A stretch of DNA of 64,000 bases, taken from assembly GCA_965240325.2 (NCBI GenBank), contig OZ251240.1:1-64000 (forward strand), written 5' to 3'. The DNA is from Rebecca billardiae RCC1528 (taxonomy: Eukaryota; Protista; Haptophyta). A program made the translations under genes and the position numbers. Position 1 is the stretch's first letter; each line of letters starts with the position of its first letter. Positions 11,101-23,153 of the stretch are shown here, in pieces. The notes below the pieces were generated by a model that was given only the letters and a program-made list of their open reading frames with translations, had not been told where the DNA came from and made no database searches.

Positions 11101-14100
11101 GCCCGCCACGGAGCCCGCCGCCAGCCCCGCCGCCCAGCCCGCCGCCCAGTCCGCCGCCAGCACCGCCACCGAGCCCGCCACCGCCGTCTCCGCCGCCAAG
11201 CCCCCCGCCCAGCCCACCGCCATCCCGGCCGCCGAGCCCACCACCGCCGAGCCCGCCGCCATCGCCGCCTCCCTCGCCACCGCCGGTGCCGCCGCCCAGC
11301 CCGCCGCCGCCATCACCGCCGCCCTCGCCGCCGCCCGTCTCGCCACCCTCGCCACCGCCAAGCCCGCCACCGCCCTCGCCGCCGCCGAGCCCGCCGCCCG
11401 CCAGTCCGCCGGCGCCACCGCCAAGTCCACCGCCGCCCAGCCCACCACCAACGCCACCGCCGAGCCCGCCACCGTCGCCGCCGCCGTCGCCGCCGCCACC
11501 CGGCCCGCCGCCCAGCCCGACGCCGAGCCCGCCGCCTTCGCCACCGCCCGGCCCGCCGCCGAGCCCGCCACCATCGCCTCCGCCCTCGCCGCCGCGTCTG
11601 CCCCCACCTCCGCTTCCCCCGCCGAGCCCGCCACCGAGCCCGCCGCCGAATCCACCGCCGTCGCCGCCGCCGCCAAGCCCGCCGCCCGCCCCGCCGCCCG
11701 CCCCGCCCCCGCAGCCACCGCCGTCGCCGCCGCCGCCGGGCTTGCCACCAAGCCCGCCGCCGAGCCCGCCGCCCGCGCCGCCGCCGCGCCCGCCGCCGCC
11801 CAGCCCGCCGCCCAACCCGCCGCCGCCGCCGCCGCCGAGCCCGCCGCCCAACCCTCCACCCCCAAGCCCACCGCGGAGCCCACCCCATTCGCCGCCGCCG
11901 ACGCCGCCGCCTCCCGGGCCACCGCCGTCGCCGCCGCCCGCTCCACCGCCACAGGCGCCACCGCCGCCGCCACCGACGCCGCCGCCCTCGCCGCCGCCGC
12001 TCCCACCACTGCCCAGCCCGCCACGCCCGCCGCCGTTCGTGCCACCGCCGCTGCCGCCAAGCGCGTCCCCGCCGCCGAGCGCGCCGCCGCCGTCCGCGCC
12101 GCCGTCGCCCCCTCCGCTCTCCCCGCCGCCCTCTCCGCCCGGCAGCTCGTCCTACCTCGGCCTCACGCTCGACGCCGAGCCGAGAGCGTACGGCACACAG
12201 GCGGCGCAGCGGGCGCTGGCCGACGGCCTCGCGAGCGCGGCGGCCATCCCGGCCGAGTGGGTGGGCGTGGTCTCCGTGTCGGCCGCGTCGGTGCGCGTGG
12301 TGCTGCGCGTCTTCCAGCCGAGCGACCCGGCCGCCCCCGACGCGGCCGCCGCGCTGCAGGCGCTCTCAGCGGAGGGCCTGGGCGCCTCGCTCGGCGTGGG
12401 CGTGCTCGTGACGCCCGAGCCGCTCATCGCGGGCTGCTCCGAGCCGGGCGCGGCCAACTACGAGCCCGGAGTCGAAGTGGACGACGGCAGCTGCGTGGCT
12501 CACTCGCCGCCGCCGCCGGCGTCGCCGCCGGGCGCGCCGCCGAGCCCGCAGCCCGCGTCGCCGCCGCCGAGCCCGCCGCCGGCCCTGCCGCCGCCGCCTC
12601 GCGCGGAGCCGTTCCCGCCGCCTGCGCCGCCAAGCCCGCCGCCGCGCCCGCCTCCGCCACGCCCGCCGCCGAGCCCGCCACCGAGCCCGCCGCCCTTGCC
12701 GCCGCCGCCACCACCCGGCACGCCCCCGGCGTCGCCGCCCTCGCGGCAGCCGCCGCCGCCTCACGCGCCGCCTCTGCTGCCGCCCTCGCCGCCGCCCTCG
12801 CCACCGCCGATGCCGCCGCCGCCGTCGCTGCCACCCTCGCCGCCGCCTCGCCCGCCGCCGCCGAGTGCGCCGCCCGCGCCGCCGCCGCCGCCGCGCACCG
12901 AGCCGTTCCCGCCGCCGGCGCCGCCGAGCCCGCCGCCGAGCCCGCCGCCGAGCCCGCCGCCGCCGAGCCCACCACCCAGCCCGCCACCAACCCCACCGCC
13001 AAACCCGCCCTCGCCGCCTCCGCTGCCTCCGCCGCGTGATCCGCCGAGCGCGCCGCCAGCGCGCCGCCCACGCCGCCGCCCTCGCCGTCGCCGCGCCCGC
13101 CGCCTGGCGCTCCGCCGAGCTCGCCGCCGATGCCGCCGCCGAATCTGCCGCCGCACGTGCCGCCGCCGCACGCGCCGCACAGTCCGCCGCCTGGCACACC
13201 GCCGCCGATGCCTCCGCCCTCGCCGCCGCCTACGCCGCCGCCGCCGAGCCCGCCACCCTCGCTGCCGCCGCCGCCGCGCACGGAGCTGTTCCCGCCGCCG
13301 GCGCCGCCGAGTCCGCCGCCGAATCCGCCACCGCCGAGTCCGCCGCCGAGCCCCTCTCCGCCTTCGTCCCCCAGCCCGCCATCGCCGCCTCCGCCGCCTC
13401 CGCCGACCGCGCCGCCGAGCGAGCCGCCGACCACGCCGCCAGCAGCGCCGCCCACGCCGCCGCCACCGCCGCCGCCGCCCGCGCCGCCGGCGCGCCCGCC
13501 GCCGGTGCCGCCGACACCGCCTCGCACAGAGCCATTCCCGCCGCCGGCGCAGCCGAGCCCGCCGCCGAGCTCGCCTCCGTCACCACCGCCCAGCTCGCCA
13601 CCGCCGCCACCGCCGTCATCGCCGCCGCCGCGCCCGCCGCCGAGCTCTCCGCCGCCGCCGCCGCCGCCCGCGATCCGCGTGAGCGTGCTCAGCGGCAGCC
13701 GCGAGGGCGCGCCGCTCGGCTCGGACGGCGCGGCGCTCGAGCTCGAGGGTGCGGGCTTTGACAGCCTGGCCGGCGGCGAGGTTGGCGAGGTCCGGTGCGC
13801 CTTCACGCGCGCCGACGGCGGCGGCGGGGACGGTGGCGGCCCGCTGCTCTCGGGCGCGACGGTGCTGAGCGACGCGCGGCTGCGCTGCGCCATGCCCGCC
13901 GCCGCCTCGTCCGGCGCGCCCTCCGCCGCGGGCGCGTACACCGTCGGCCTCGCCCTCGGCGCCGTGGGCGCGTCCGCGGACGTGGCTGTCTCCGGGCTCT
14001 TCGGCCCGGTCTCGTTTGAGCTGTACGACATGGTGGCCGTGTCGGTGCTCGAGCTGCGCCCGCCGGGCGGGCCGGCGGGCGGCGGCACGGCGGTCACGCT

Positions 14101-17100
14101 CGTGGGCTCGGGCTTTGCCGAGTATGGCGAGGGCCAGCTGTGCTGCGTGCTCGGCGGCGGCGGCGGCTGCGCGGCGCCGGCGACGCTGCTGCCGCCGTCG
14201 GCGGCGGCGCCAACCCTGAGCCGCGCGCGCTGCGTGCTGCCGCCGCCGCTGGGCGGCGCGGCGGGCAGCGTGGCGCTCGAGCTCTCGCTTGGCGGGGGCA
14301 GCGCCGACTCGACCACCGCCTCGGCGCTGCCCTTCCTCGCGTACGACCCGCCCACCCTCGGCTCCGTCAGCCCGGCGAGCGGCGAAGCGAGCGGCGGCAC
14401 GGAGGTGACGATCGGGGGCGCGGGCTTTGACGCGCTGGCCGGCGGCGCGCTGCTGGCCGTGCGCTTCGGCGACGCGCCCGCGCAGCCGCCGGCGCGCGTC
14501 ACGGCGGGCGAGGTTGTCGTCTCCACGCTGTACGGCGCCGCGGGCCGCGCGCAGCTCCGCGTCTCGCTCAACGGCCAGCAGTTCACGCCCGCGGCCGCCG
14601 CGACGCCGCCGCCCGCGGGCGCGCTCGCGTTCACGTTCGTCGGCCTGCACGCGCCCGTGCTCGAGGGTGTGGCGTTCAACAGCGCGGCGACGCTGATGGT
14701 GCTGCGCTTCGACGCGCAGCCGACTGACCGCGCGGGCATGGGCAGCGGCGTGGGCGAGTGCTCGCGCGTCCTCGACGACGACACCGTCGCGCTGGTCGGC
14801 GGCGGCGCGGCCGCGGCCGCGGCCGCGCCGCCGCAGTGCTACTGGATGGACGACTCGACGCTCGTCGCGCGGCTGAGCTCGGCGACGCTCGCGCGCGCCG
14901 GCTCGGAGGTGGGCGTGCGCGCGGGCGCGCTGCGCCCCGAGCAGTGCGGCACGCCGTGCGCCGCCGCCCTCGCCTCCGCCGCCGCGCGCGCCGCCATCGA
15001 CGCGGACGCGCCGTGCGGCGAGGGCGCGCCGTGCCCGACGCCTGTCGCGGCCGTGTCGGGCCCGGCGGTGCTCTCGGCGTGCCCGGGCGCGTCGCTCGCG
15101 CTCGACGCCTCCGCCTCGTCGCGCGGCGGCATCGGGCCCGCCGCCTTTGAGTGGCGCGTCGACCCGAGCCGCTCGGCGCGCGCGGCGTCGCTCAACGCGC
15201 GGCTGAGCGCGCTGCCGGCGCGCACGCCTCGGCTCTCGCTCGGCGGGCCCGGTGCGGCCTCGCCGACTGAGCTCGGCGTGAACGGCTCGTTCGTGTTCGT
15301 GCTGCGCGTCACGTCGTTCCTCGGCGTGCGCTCCGCGCCCGCCGAGTGGGCCGTGTCGCGCGGCGACGGCGCCAGCCCGATCCTCGCCATCGACGGCGCG
15401 CCCGAGCTGCGCGCGCGCGCCTCCGAGCCCACGCTGCTGAGCGGGCGCGCGCAGCTCGCGCCGTGCTGGCCGCCGAGCTTCGAGCCGGCGATGGCGTTCC
15501 GCTGGGCGCTCGAGGGCGCGGCGCGGGTGGGCGACGGCGCGAACGCGAGCAGCAGCGCCTCCGCCAGCGAGCTCGCCGCCGCGACGGACGTGCTGCTCGC
15601 GCGCCTCGCGTCCGCGCGCACCGCGGTGCTGCAGCTGCCGCCGCACGCGCTGGCCGCCGGCTGGGCGTACGACCTGGCGCTCACGGCGAGCATGGCGGCG
15701 GCGCCCGCGCAGGCGTCGACGGCGCGCGTGCGCGTGCGCGTCGTGCGGCAGCCGCTGCGTGCGGTGATCGCCGGCGGCGACCGCCGCGTGCCGAGCTCGC
15801 TGCGCCTCGCCGTCGACGCCTCCGCGTCATTCGACCCCGACGCGCCGACGGCCGACGGCGGCCCGCGGCCGCTGTCGTTCGCGTGGAGCGTGGCGAACGC
15901 GAGCTCGCTCGAGCCGGTGGCGCTCGGGCCGTCCGCGGCGAACGCGAGCGGCGCGCTCCTCGAGCTCGCGCCCGGCGCGCTGCCGCCCGGCGTGTACGCG
16001 CTCACCGTGCGCGTGTCCGCGCCCGGCCGCGCGCCCGCGGCCGCGTCGGTGACGATCGAGGCGGTGCCGGGCGCGGTGCCCACGCTCGGCTTCGAGCCGC
16101 TCGGGCGGCGCAAGTGGCCGGCGGTGTTCGACCGGAACCCCGAGCGGCTGGCGATCAGCGCGCGCCTCGACGCCGCCTCGCGCGCGCTCGAGGCGGCGGG
16201 GCGGGCGCGCTTCAGCTACGAGTGGAGCGCGCGGCGCGTGGGCGCGGCCGGCGCGCTCGAGCCCGCCGGTCTCGACCTCGCGGACAGCGAGCGGGTGACC
16301 ACGACGGGCGCGGCGCTGCGCGCGCTCGCGATCCGCAGCGGCGCGCTCGCGCCCGGCGCGACGTACGCGTTCCGCCTCGCCGCACTCGGCGGCGCGCAGC
16401 CCGCGTACACGGAGGTGCGCGTCACGATCAGTCGGCCGCCGTACGGCGGAGGGCTCGAGGTGGCGCCGGCGTCGGGCGTGGCGCTGCACACGAGCTTTGC
16501 GCTGCGCGCGGCGGGGTGGGCGGTGGACGACGAGGAGGACCTGCCGCTGAGCTACGCGTTCTCGCACGCGCCGCTCGGCGCCGCCGCCGACGCCGACGCC
16601 GCCGCGCTCGGCGCCGCCTCCGCCGCCGCCTCGGCGAGCGCGCTTCTCCCCGCGGGCAACCGCATGCTCACCGTCAGGGTGGCGGACGCGCTCGGCGGCG
16701 CGGCGCTCGCGCGCGCGGCCGTGGCCGTCGCGCCGCCCGGCGGGGGCGCGGGGCTGCTCGACTCGGTGCTCGCGCGCGCGTACGCCGCGGTCGCGACGGG
16801 CGCGGCCGAGACCGCCGCGCAGCTCGTGAGCGCCCTCGCCGCCGCGCTCGACGCGACGCCCGCGGGCGGCGACAACGCCACCGTCGCTCGGCTGCTCGAG
16901 CTCACGGCGGTCGCGGCGGCGGCGTCCGCGCCGACCGCCGAGGCGCGCGCGGCGAGCGCGGCCGCGCTCGCCGCCGTGCTCGGGGCCGCGCCGCCCGGCA
17001 CGCTCGACGCCTCCGCGCAGGCCGCGGGCCTCGAGCAGGTCGCCGCCCTCGCGTCGCAGTCGGCCGCGTCGGGCGTCGACGGACCGACCGCGGCCGCGCT

Positions 17101-19275
17101 GCTGCGCGCGGCGGACGCGGCGCTCTCCGCTGACGCCGACGCACCGCTGAGCGCGGCGGAGGCGGAGGCGGTGGGCGCAGCGGCGACGAGCGCGGCGGGC
17201 GCGCTCGCCACCGCGCTGCTCGCCGGCGCCGTGCCGGGCGAGGCGCCCTTCGAGGCCGTGGGCAAGGCCATCAACGTGAGCGCGACGCGCGCGGACGCGG
17301 CCGCGCTCGGCAACATCACGCTGCCCGGGCCGGGCGGCGCGGGCTCGGTGGGCGTGCCGGCGAGCGTGTTCGGCGGCGTGCCGCCCGAGCTGCTCGAGGG
17401 CGGCGTCGACGCCGTGCTCTGGTCCTCCGCGCGCAACGTGCACGGCGACCCGTCGACGCAGGCGAACGGCACGGCCGTCGCGTCGGGGCTGGTGACGCCC
17501 GTCTTCTCCGTCACGCTCTACTCGGCGTCGGCCGGGCTGGCGCTCACCATCTCCGACCTGCCGGACGACGGGCGCGTGCTGGTCGAGGTGCCCGGGCTCG
17601 ACGGCGCGGGTGGCGCGGGCGAGTGGGGCTGCGTGTGGTGGGACGAGGGCGCCAGCGCGTGGCTCGATGACGGCTGCGAGACGGTGGTCGCGCGTGCGGA
17701 CGATGGCGCGCTCGCGCGCTTCTGCGCGTGCACGCACCTGACCGACTTTGCGGGCGTGGCCGTGCCGACGGACGCGGACGAGGCGCGCTCCGAGGTGGTC
17801 GAGTTCAACATCAACACGCTCTCCGCCGACGACGCCGCCGCCGCCGTCGGCGTGGGCGCCGGCCCCGTCCTCGCGCGCAACCCGTACATCTTCTGGCTGG
17901 TGGTGGCGATGAGTGCCGGCTGCGCGCTCAGCGTGGCGCTGTTTGGCGCGCGCGACGTGCGCGACCACGCGCGGCGCAAGGAGCGCATCCGGCGGCTGCT
18001 CGCGAGCGAGGCCGGCCCTGCTGGCGGGCTGCTGGCCTCGCCGGCGAAGCCCTCCCTCTTCCAGCGCCGCGCGGCCAAGCTCCAGGCGGAGGAGGACGCC
18101 CTGTTTGGCGGCTCGCCGTTGCGGCCCGCGCCCGCCGTCTGCGAGCGCAGCCGATCCGCCTCCTCCTCCGCCTCCTCCTCCGTCCCGGGGCCGCGCGGGA
18201 TGGCGCCGGCGGACGGCGGGGGCGAGGGCGAGCGCGCGGCGCGCGCGCCGGCCGCTGTCGCCCCCATCTCGCCCGGGCGCAGCTTCGCCACGCGGCAGCC
18301 GCCCCAGCTCTGGCCGCGGCGCGACACCGACTGCGCCCCCGACATCGGCGGCGCGGAGGCGCTCGGCTTTGCCGACAGGCTCGAGGCGCGGCTCGACGAC
18401 CTCGACGACCTGGTGGACGAGACGAGGCGGCGCGCGGCGCTGACGATGCAGAAGTACGCGCGCGGGCGCACGGCGCGCGCCCGTGTCGACGAGGCCTCGC
18501 CCCAGCTCCGCGAGCGCAAGGCGCGCGCCTCGGAGCGCACTCGCGACCACTCGCTGACCAAGCTCATGCGGCTCGTGGGCGAGAGGCTGAGCACAGACCA
18601 CTCGCTGCTCGGCATCTGGTTCGCCGACCCGGAGGACGCGAAGCGCGCCGAGCTGGCGCAGATCTTCTGGAGCATCGCGATGCTCGGCCTCGTGATCACG
18701 TGCATGCTCTACGACGCGAGCGGCGGGCCTCCGGACGCGTCGGCGGCGCCGAGCGTCTCGCTGCTGAGCGCGGTGCTCACGGCGCTTCTCACAGCGGCCC
18801 TCTCGTCCCCCGCGCTCGCGCTCTTCCGGCTGCTCTTCCGCTGGGGGTACGGCCGGCGCTCGGCGCCGCTCTCGAAGCGCGTGTTCGCCGCGTTCCTCCG
18901 CACCGAGCTCGCGCAGCGCGAGCGCGAGCGCGCGCCCTTCTCCACCGCCGTCAGGACGAGCGTGCGCACCGGCGCGTACCTGCTGCCGGTGCTGCCGCGC
19001 AAGACCTCAGACCGGCGCGGTGCCGGCGGCGCGCTGCGCGCCGCCGCGCCCGCCGACCTCGAGCTCGCGCGCGATTTCGCGCGCCGCGCGTCGATCGAGG
19101 CGGAGCGCGCCTCCTCGCCGGGCATGCCCAGGCTCGCGCCGGTCACGCTGCCCCGCATGCCCGGCCGCTCGTCGCCGCGCGCCAAGCCGCGGCCGCCGCC
19201 GCCGCCGGCCGTGCCGGTGCGCCGGCCGGGCGGGCCCCGCGCCACCGCCCAGCTGCCGCCGAGCATGGCAGCGTC

Positions 19276-19311
<36 letters not shown>

Positions 19312-20657
19312 TGGAGCGGCCGGGGGCGAGCGCGCCGACGCGGCCGCCGCGGCCGCGGACGCCGAGCCGGGCAGCCTCTTCGCGCCGCGGGCGGTGGCCG
19401 TGCCGACTGCCGACGCGTTCAAGCAGGCGCGAGTCACGCCCGTGCCCACCGCGGGCGCGCTCGACCCCGGCTCGTTCGGCCGGCACAGGAAGTCGGACGA
19501 GGACGAGTTCGAGCAGCTTCAACCAAGCGTCGTCCGAGCGCGCCGCCCGGCGCGCGGTCGCCGCGTCGCTCAGCGTCTCGCTCCGGGGCACGAGCGCGCA
19601 CGCGGAGGCGGAGCGCGCGGCCGCGGCCGAGCCGCCGTCCGCGCTCGGCCTCGTGCGCGACTTCGCCGACGTGGCGTACCACCGGCGTGGCCGCTCACCG
19701 CACCCCGGCTCGCCGCCGCTGAGGCGCGACGACGCGCCGCTCACGCCCAGCGGCCCCGCGGGTTGGCAACGTCCGGGCGCGCGCCACTCGTCGGCCTTCT
19801 CCGCCGCGTCCGGCGCGAGCGCAGAGGACCTCGGGGAGGGGCGTGCGACCGAGGAGGCGGAGGCGGCGATGCGCACGAGCATTAGCGAGGTGCTGCCCAC
19901 GCCCCCGCCCAGCCCGCCGCCGCCGGGCGGCCCGGCGTTCTCGTTCAAGACGGGGCAGGTCCCCGCGCCCACCGGCCTGCCGCCCGCCAGCGCACCCGAC
20001 GACGCGCCCGCCTCGGCGCCTGAGGCGGCGGAGGAGGGCGGCGGCCTGGACGAGCAGACGGTCGCGCTGCTCAGGCTCAAGTTCGACGCGTTCGACGCGG
20101 ACGACAGCGGCTCGGTGGACGGCACCGAGTTCGGCGCGCTGCTCGAGTCGCTCGGCTTCCGGCTGCGCCCTCGCCGCGTGAAGCAGCTCGCGTCGGAGCT
20201 GGACACCAACGGCAACGGGCTGATCGGCTTCGACGAGCTGTGCGACTGGTACGAGAAGATGGTCGCGGAGGAGGCCGCAAAGGAGGCGCGCCGCGCAGCG
20301 GGCTGGCAAGGCCGCGTGCGCCGCGCGCTGCGCAGGCTGACGCCGCCGCCACTCGCCAAGCTCGTGCTCGCGTGGCTGGCGATGTGGGCCATCTTCGTCG
20401 CGCTCGCGCTGCTCGCGGTCGCGTACGCGCTCACGTTTGGCGCGCAGCAGACGCGCTGGCTCCTCTTCAGCTGGACGTTCGCCGAGGCGCAGACGCTCGG
20501 GCTGGAGGAGCCGGGCATCATCGCGCTCACCGTGCTCGCGCCCATCCTCTTCGACAGGCTGCTCTCGCAGGGCGGCGCGAGGGGCGAGGCGATCAACGAG
20601 CTGCTCGCCACGACCGTCGGGACGGCCGTCACCGCGATGCACAACCTCTGCGGCTGA
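8195..20657 (+). CDS. Giant polycystin-1 (PKD1/REJ)-like receptor: signal peptide, 7 RCC1-like repeats, Ser-Pro extensin stalks, SEA-like module, IPT/TIG, REJ, GPS, about 5 TM, IQ motif, EF-hand pair
   Basis: Introns 8347-8452, 8633-8781, 9139-9389, 9729-9949 and 10130-10402 join C(W/F)GxNxxGQLG repeats. GPS: CVWWDEGASAWLDDGC...CACTHLTDFA. IQ: MQKYARGRTAR. EF hands: DADDSGSVDGTEF and DTNGNGLIGFDEL. PKD1-like YALTFG...W...EEP. Two frame breaks near 13060 and 19515. Confidence 0.8.
10510..13670 (+). repeat. Coding Ser-Pro(n) low-complexity repeats (two extensin-like blocks)
   Basis: SPPP/PPSP repeats at about 10510-12140 and 12505-13670, interrupted by a globular insert. Confidence 0.9.
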
Positions 20658-20982
20658 AGTGATGAACTCGGCGGCGGATCGTCTGCTGATGATGCTGTCG
20701 TGACGCGCGAAGCCTGCTCGCGGCGGCGATGCGCATGATGATGGCCCGCGGTGCAGGGCGGAGCGCGCAGCGTGGAGCCCGCACCAGCGGGCCCGAACCA
20801 CGTTTCAAAAAGATCTTTGATCAAGAAAAAAGGGACGGGGGGCGATTTTTTAGGGCTGGAGGAGACCGAGTTTCGATTTTGAGACTCCCTTACAGGTGCA
20901 TTAGCGTCGAAAAAGGGCGCGTCCGCCGTCTTGAATAGTGAACAGAGGAATCAACGAAACCCACGCCCAAGTGTGCGAGGCA

Positions 20983-21440
20983 GGGTAATTGTGGGTAGAC
21001 TCTCCTTAATGTAGTGTGACCATAGTAAAATAATATGGCCTCGCCGCCGCAAGATGCCATCACTAGAACGACAGTTGATCAACATTATAGCCGAGTCCAA
21101 CCAACTCCAATAGTGCGAGACATTCAGCAAGGCAAGGGCTGTATCGCCTCTTGATTGGGTAATTGTGGGTACTATCGTTCAGTCTATCATATCATAGCGA
21201 GCAAGGCAAGGGCTGTATCGCCTCTTGATTGGGTAATTGTGGGTACTATCGTTCAGTCTATCATATCAGTACATTGGCTCGCTATGATAACGGTGTTGGG
21301 GGCATAAGGTCATTTTGGGTAATTGTGGGTATTATCATACCCAGTTGGGAGCCAGGGGGCGCGCGGCACGCGCTCGCTCCAAAAACGGGGCGAGCCCTCG
21401 ATCAAAATCGACCGCCAAACGGGGCGAGCCCTCGATCGAC
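20983..21440. repeat. Cluster of direct repeats, probably a TE remnant
   Basis: 69-bp direct repeat at 21126-21194 and 21200-21268. GGGTAATTGTGGGTA occurs four times (20983, 21157, 21231, 21317). AAACGGGGCGAGCCCTCGATC occurs twice. Confidence 0.8.
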
Positions 21441-21879
21441 CGCCATCGGTGTGGACGACCGCGCGGAGCGCGCGCCGCGCGCGCGCCGCCCGCGCGGCCG
21501 CGGGCGCCTCCCGCGCGGGTGGCGCACGCACGCCCGCGCGCCCGCCCGCGCGCGCGGCCGCGTTTGCGGGCGCGCGCGGATTGTCGATGAAGGCTTCTGT
21601 CTGTCGGGCGTTGCGTCAATCGTGCGCCATGTCGTGCCATGTCGTGGCGTGCGCATGTGCGCACTCTCGGTGGGGTGGTGCGCGGGCGGCGGCGCTCTCC
21701 TGAATTCTACCCCGCGCCCGTTTCGCTGTGCGTGCGCGCTGCGTCGCGCAGGCACGCGAGAGTACCTGCGGCTCCCGCGCGGCCGACGTGGACGGTCGCC
21801 CCCGGCGCGCCGCTCGAGCACGCGCTCGCGTGTCTGCGTGGACTGGGTTATAGCGCGCGTGCCGCGCCTTCTTTTCTCG

Positions 21880-22536
21880 GTGCAGGCGCGCTGGCTGCAG
21901 GCCTTGGCCATCGACTACGCGGCGCGCACCCTAGCACTCCCTAGCAGCCAGCCGCGACGAGTCCGAGTCTGCGCGCGCAGATGGGCGGCGGCGCGCAGGC
22001 CGTGCGCGCGCAGATACACGAGCACGTGCGCGTGAAGGCGCTGGGCGCCGAGCTGGCAAAGCGCGACGCCGAGCTCGACGCGTGCGCGCAGAGGCGCTGG
22101 GCGCCGAGCTGGCGAAGCGAGACGCCGAGCTCGACGCGCTGCGTCACGCGGCACGGATGCGCTGGGCGCGCGCGCTGCCCTTGTCCACGCCCTGCAGCAG
22201 CTCGAGCAGGTGTGGACGGCCCTCGAAGCTACGGTGGGCGAGCGCGCGCCACTCAGCCTGCCGCTGGCCGCCGCCATCCTCGAGGCCGACGCGGCGGAGC
22301 AGGCGGCGGGCGAGCACGGCGGCGCGGTGCGGAGCAGGGCATGCGTGCGCCTGGCGGCGGGCGCGACACGCCACTCGCTTCGTCCCACCCCGAGCTCCGC
22401 TCGGTCTGCGCGTGGCTGCGCAGCGTGGGCGGGCAGCAGTGGCGCGCGCTCTCGCTATGCCGGCCCGAGGCGCGCCGGCTGAGCGACCAGCGGCCCTTCG
22501 TCGAGCGCATGGCGCAGCGCGAGCACCTCAAGCAGG
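21880..22536 (+). pseudogene. Degenerate coiled-coil-like coding fragment
   Basis: Coding-like pieces in different frames (VKALGAELAKRDAELDA, VWTALEATVGE, QRPFVERMAQREHLKQ) with an internal duplication. No intact ORF. Confidence 0.3.
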
Positions 22537-23153
22537 TGCGCGCGCGCGCGCGCACGCGTCGGCCCGCGCCGCGCGGCGCCTCTCGCCCTGCACGCGCGCC
22601 GCCCCGCTTCCCCGCGCGGCCCGTCCGCGCCTCTCGCCCTGCGCGCGCGCCGCCCCGCTTCCCCGCGCGGCCCGTCCGCTGGTGTCCCGTGCCGGCCACC
22701 CTTGGCCGTCGGCGCGCCCATTCACGCGCCGCGAGTCCGACGGACGGGTCTGACTCTCACTCACTCTCCGAGACGGTGCGGCTGCCTGTCTGACTGCCAG
22801 GCAGACGCCAGACCGTGCGGATTGACGACGTCACGGTCTCATTCTCAACCACTGCGCCGCGGGCCCCCAACTGCGTTGGTTCTACGGAAAAGGACCGCGG
22901 AACGCGGTCATATATATATTATTAATTATATATATATATATATAGTAGTATATAGACGATAATGAGCGCGCGCACTCGACTATATACGTACTATGACGAT
23001 GCTGAACGGATCCTAGCTAGGCGTGCGGCGCGGCGGCGCCGCCCGGCCGCGACGACTCAATCACTCAACCGTCATCATCAGCACATCGCGTAGTCATTAT
23101 TATATGCGCAGCGCATCACTATAACTACGCGCGCGCGACGACACGCGCCGCCC

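Noticed and set aside
13050-13070. Programmed ribosomal frameshift
   Set aside because: There is no slippery heptamer; an indel error in CCG repeats is more likely.
9722-20824. Long Gly/Arg/Ala-rich minus-strand and alternative-frame ORFs
   Set aside because: They are shadows of the GC-rich PKD1-like coding strand; the same holds for most overlapping ORFs in the track.
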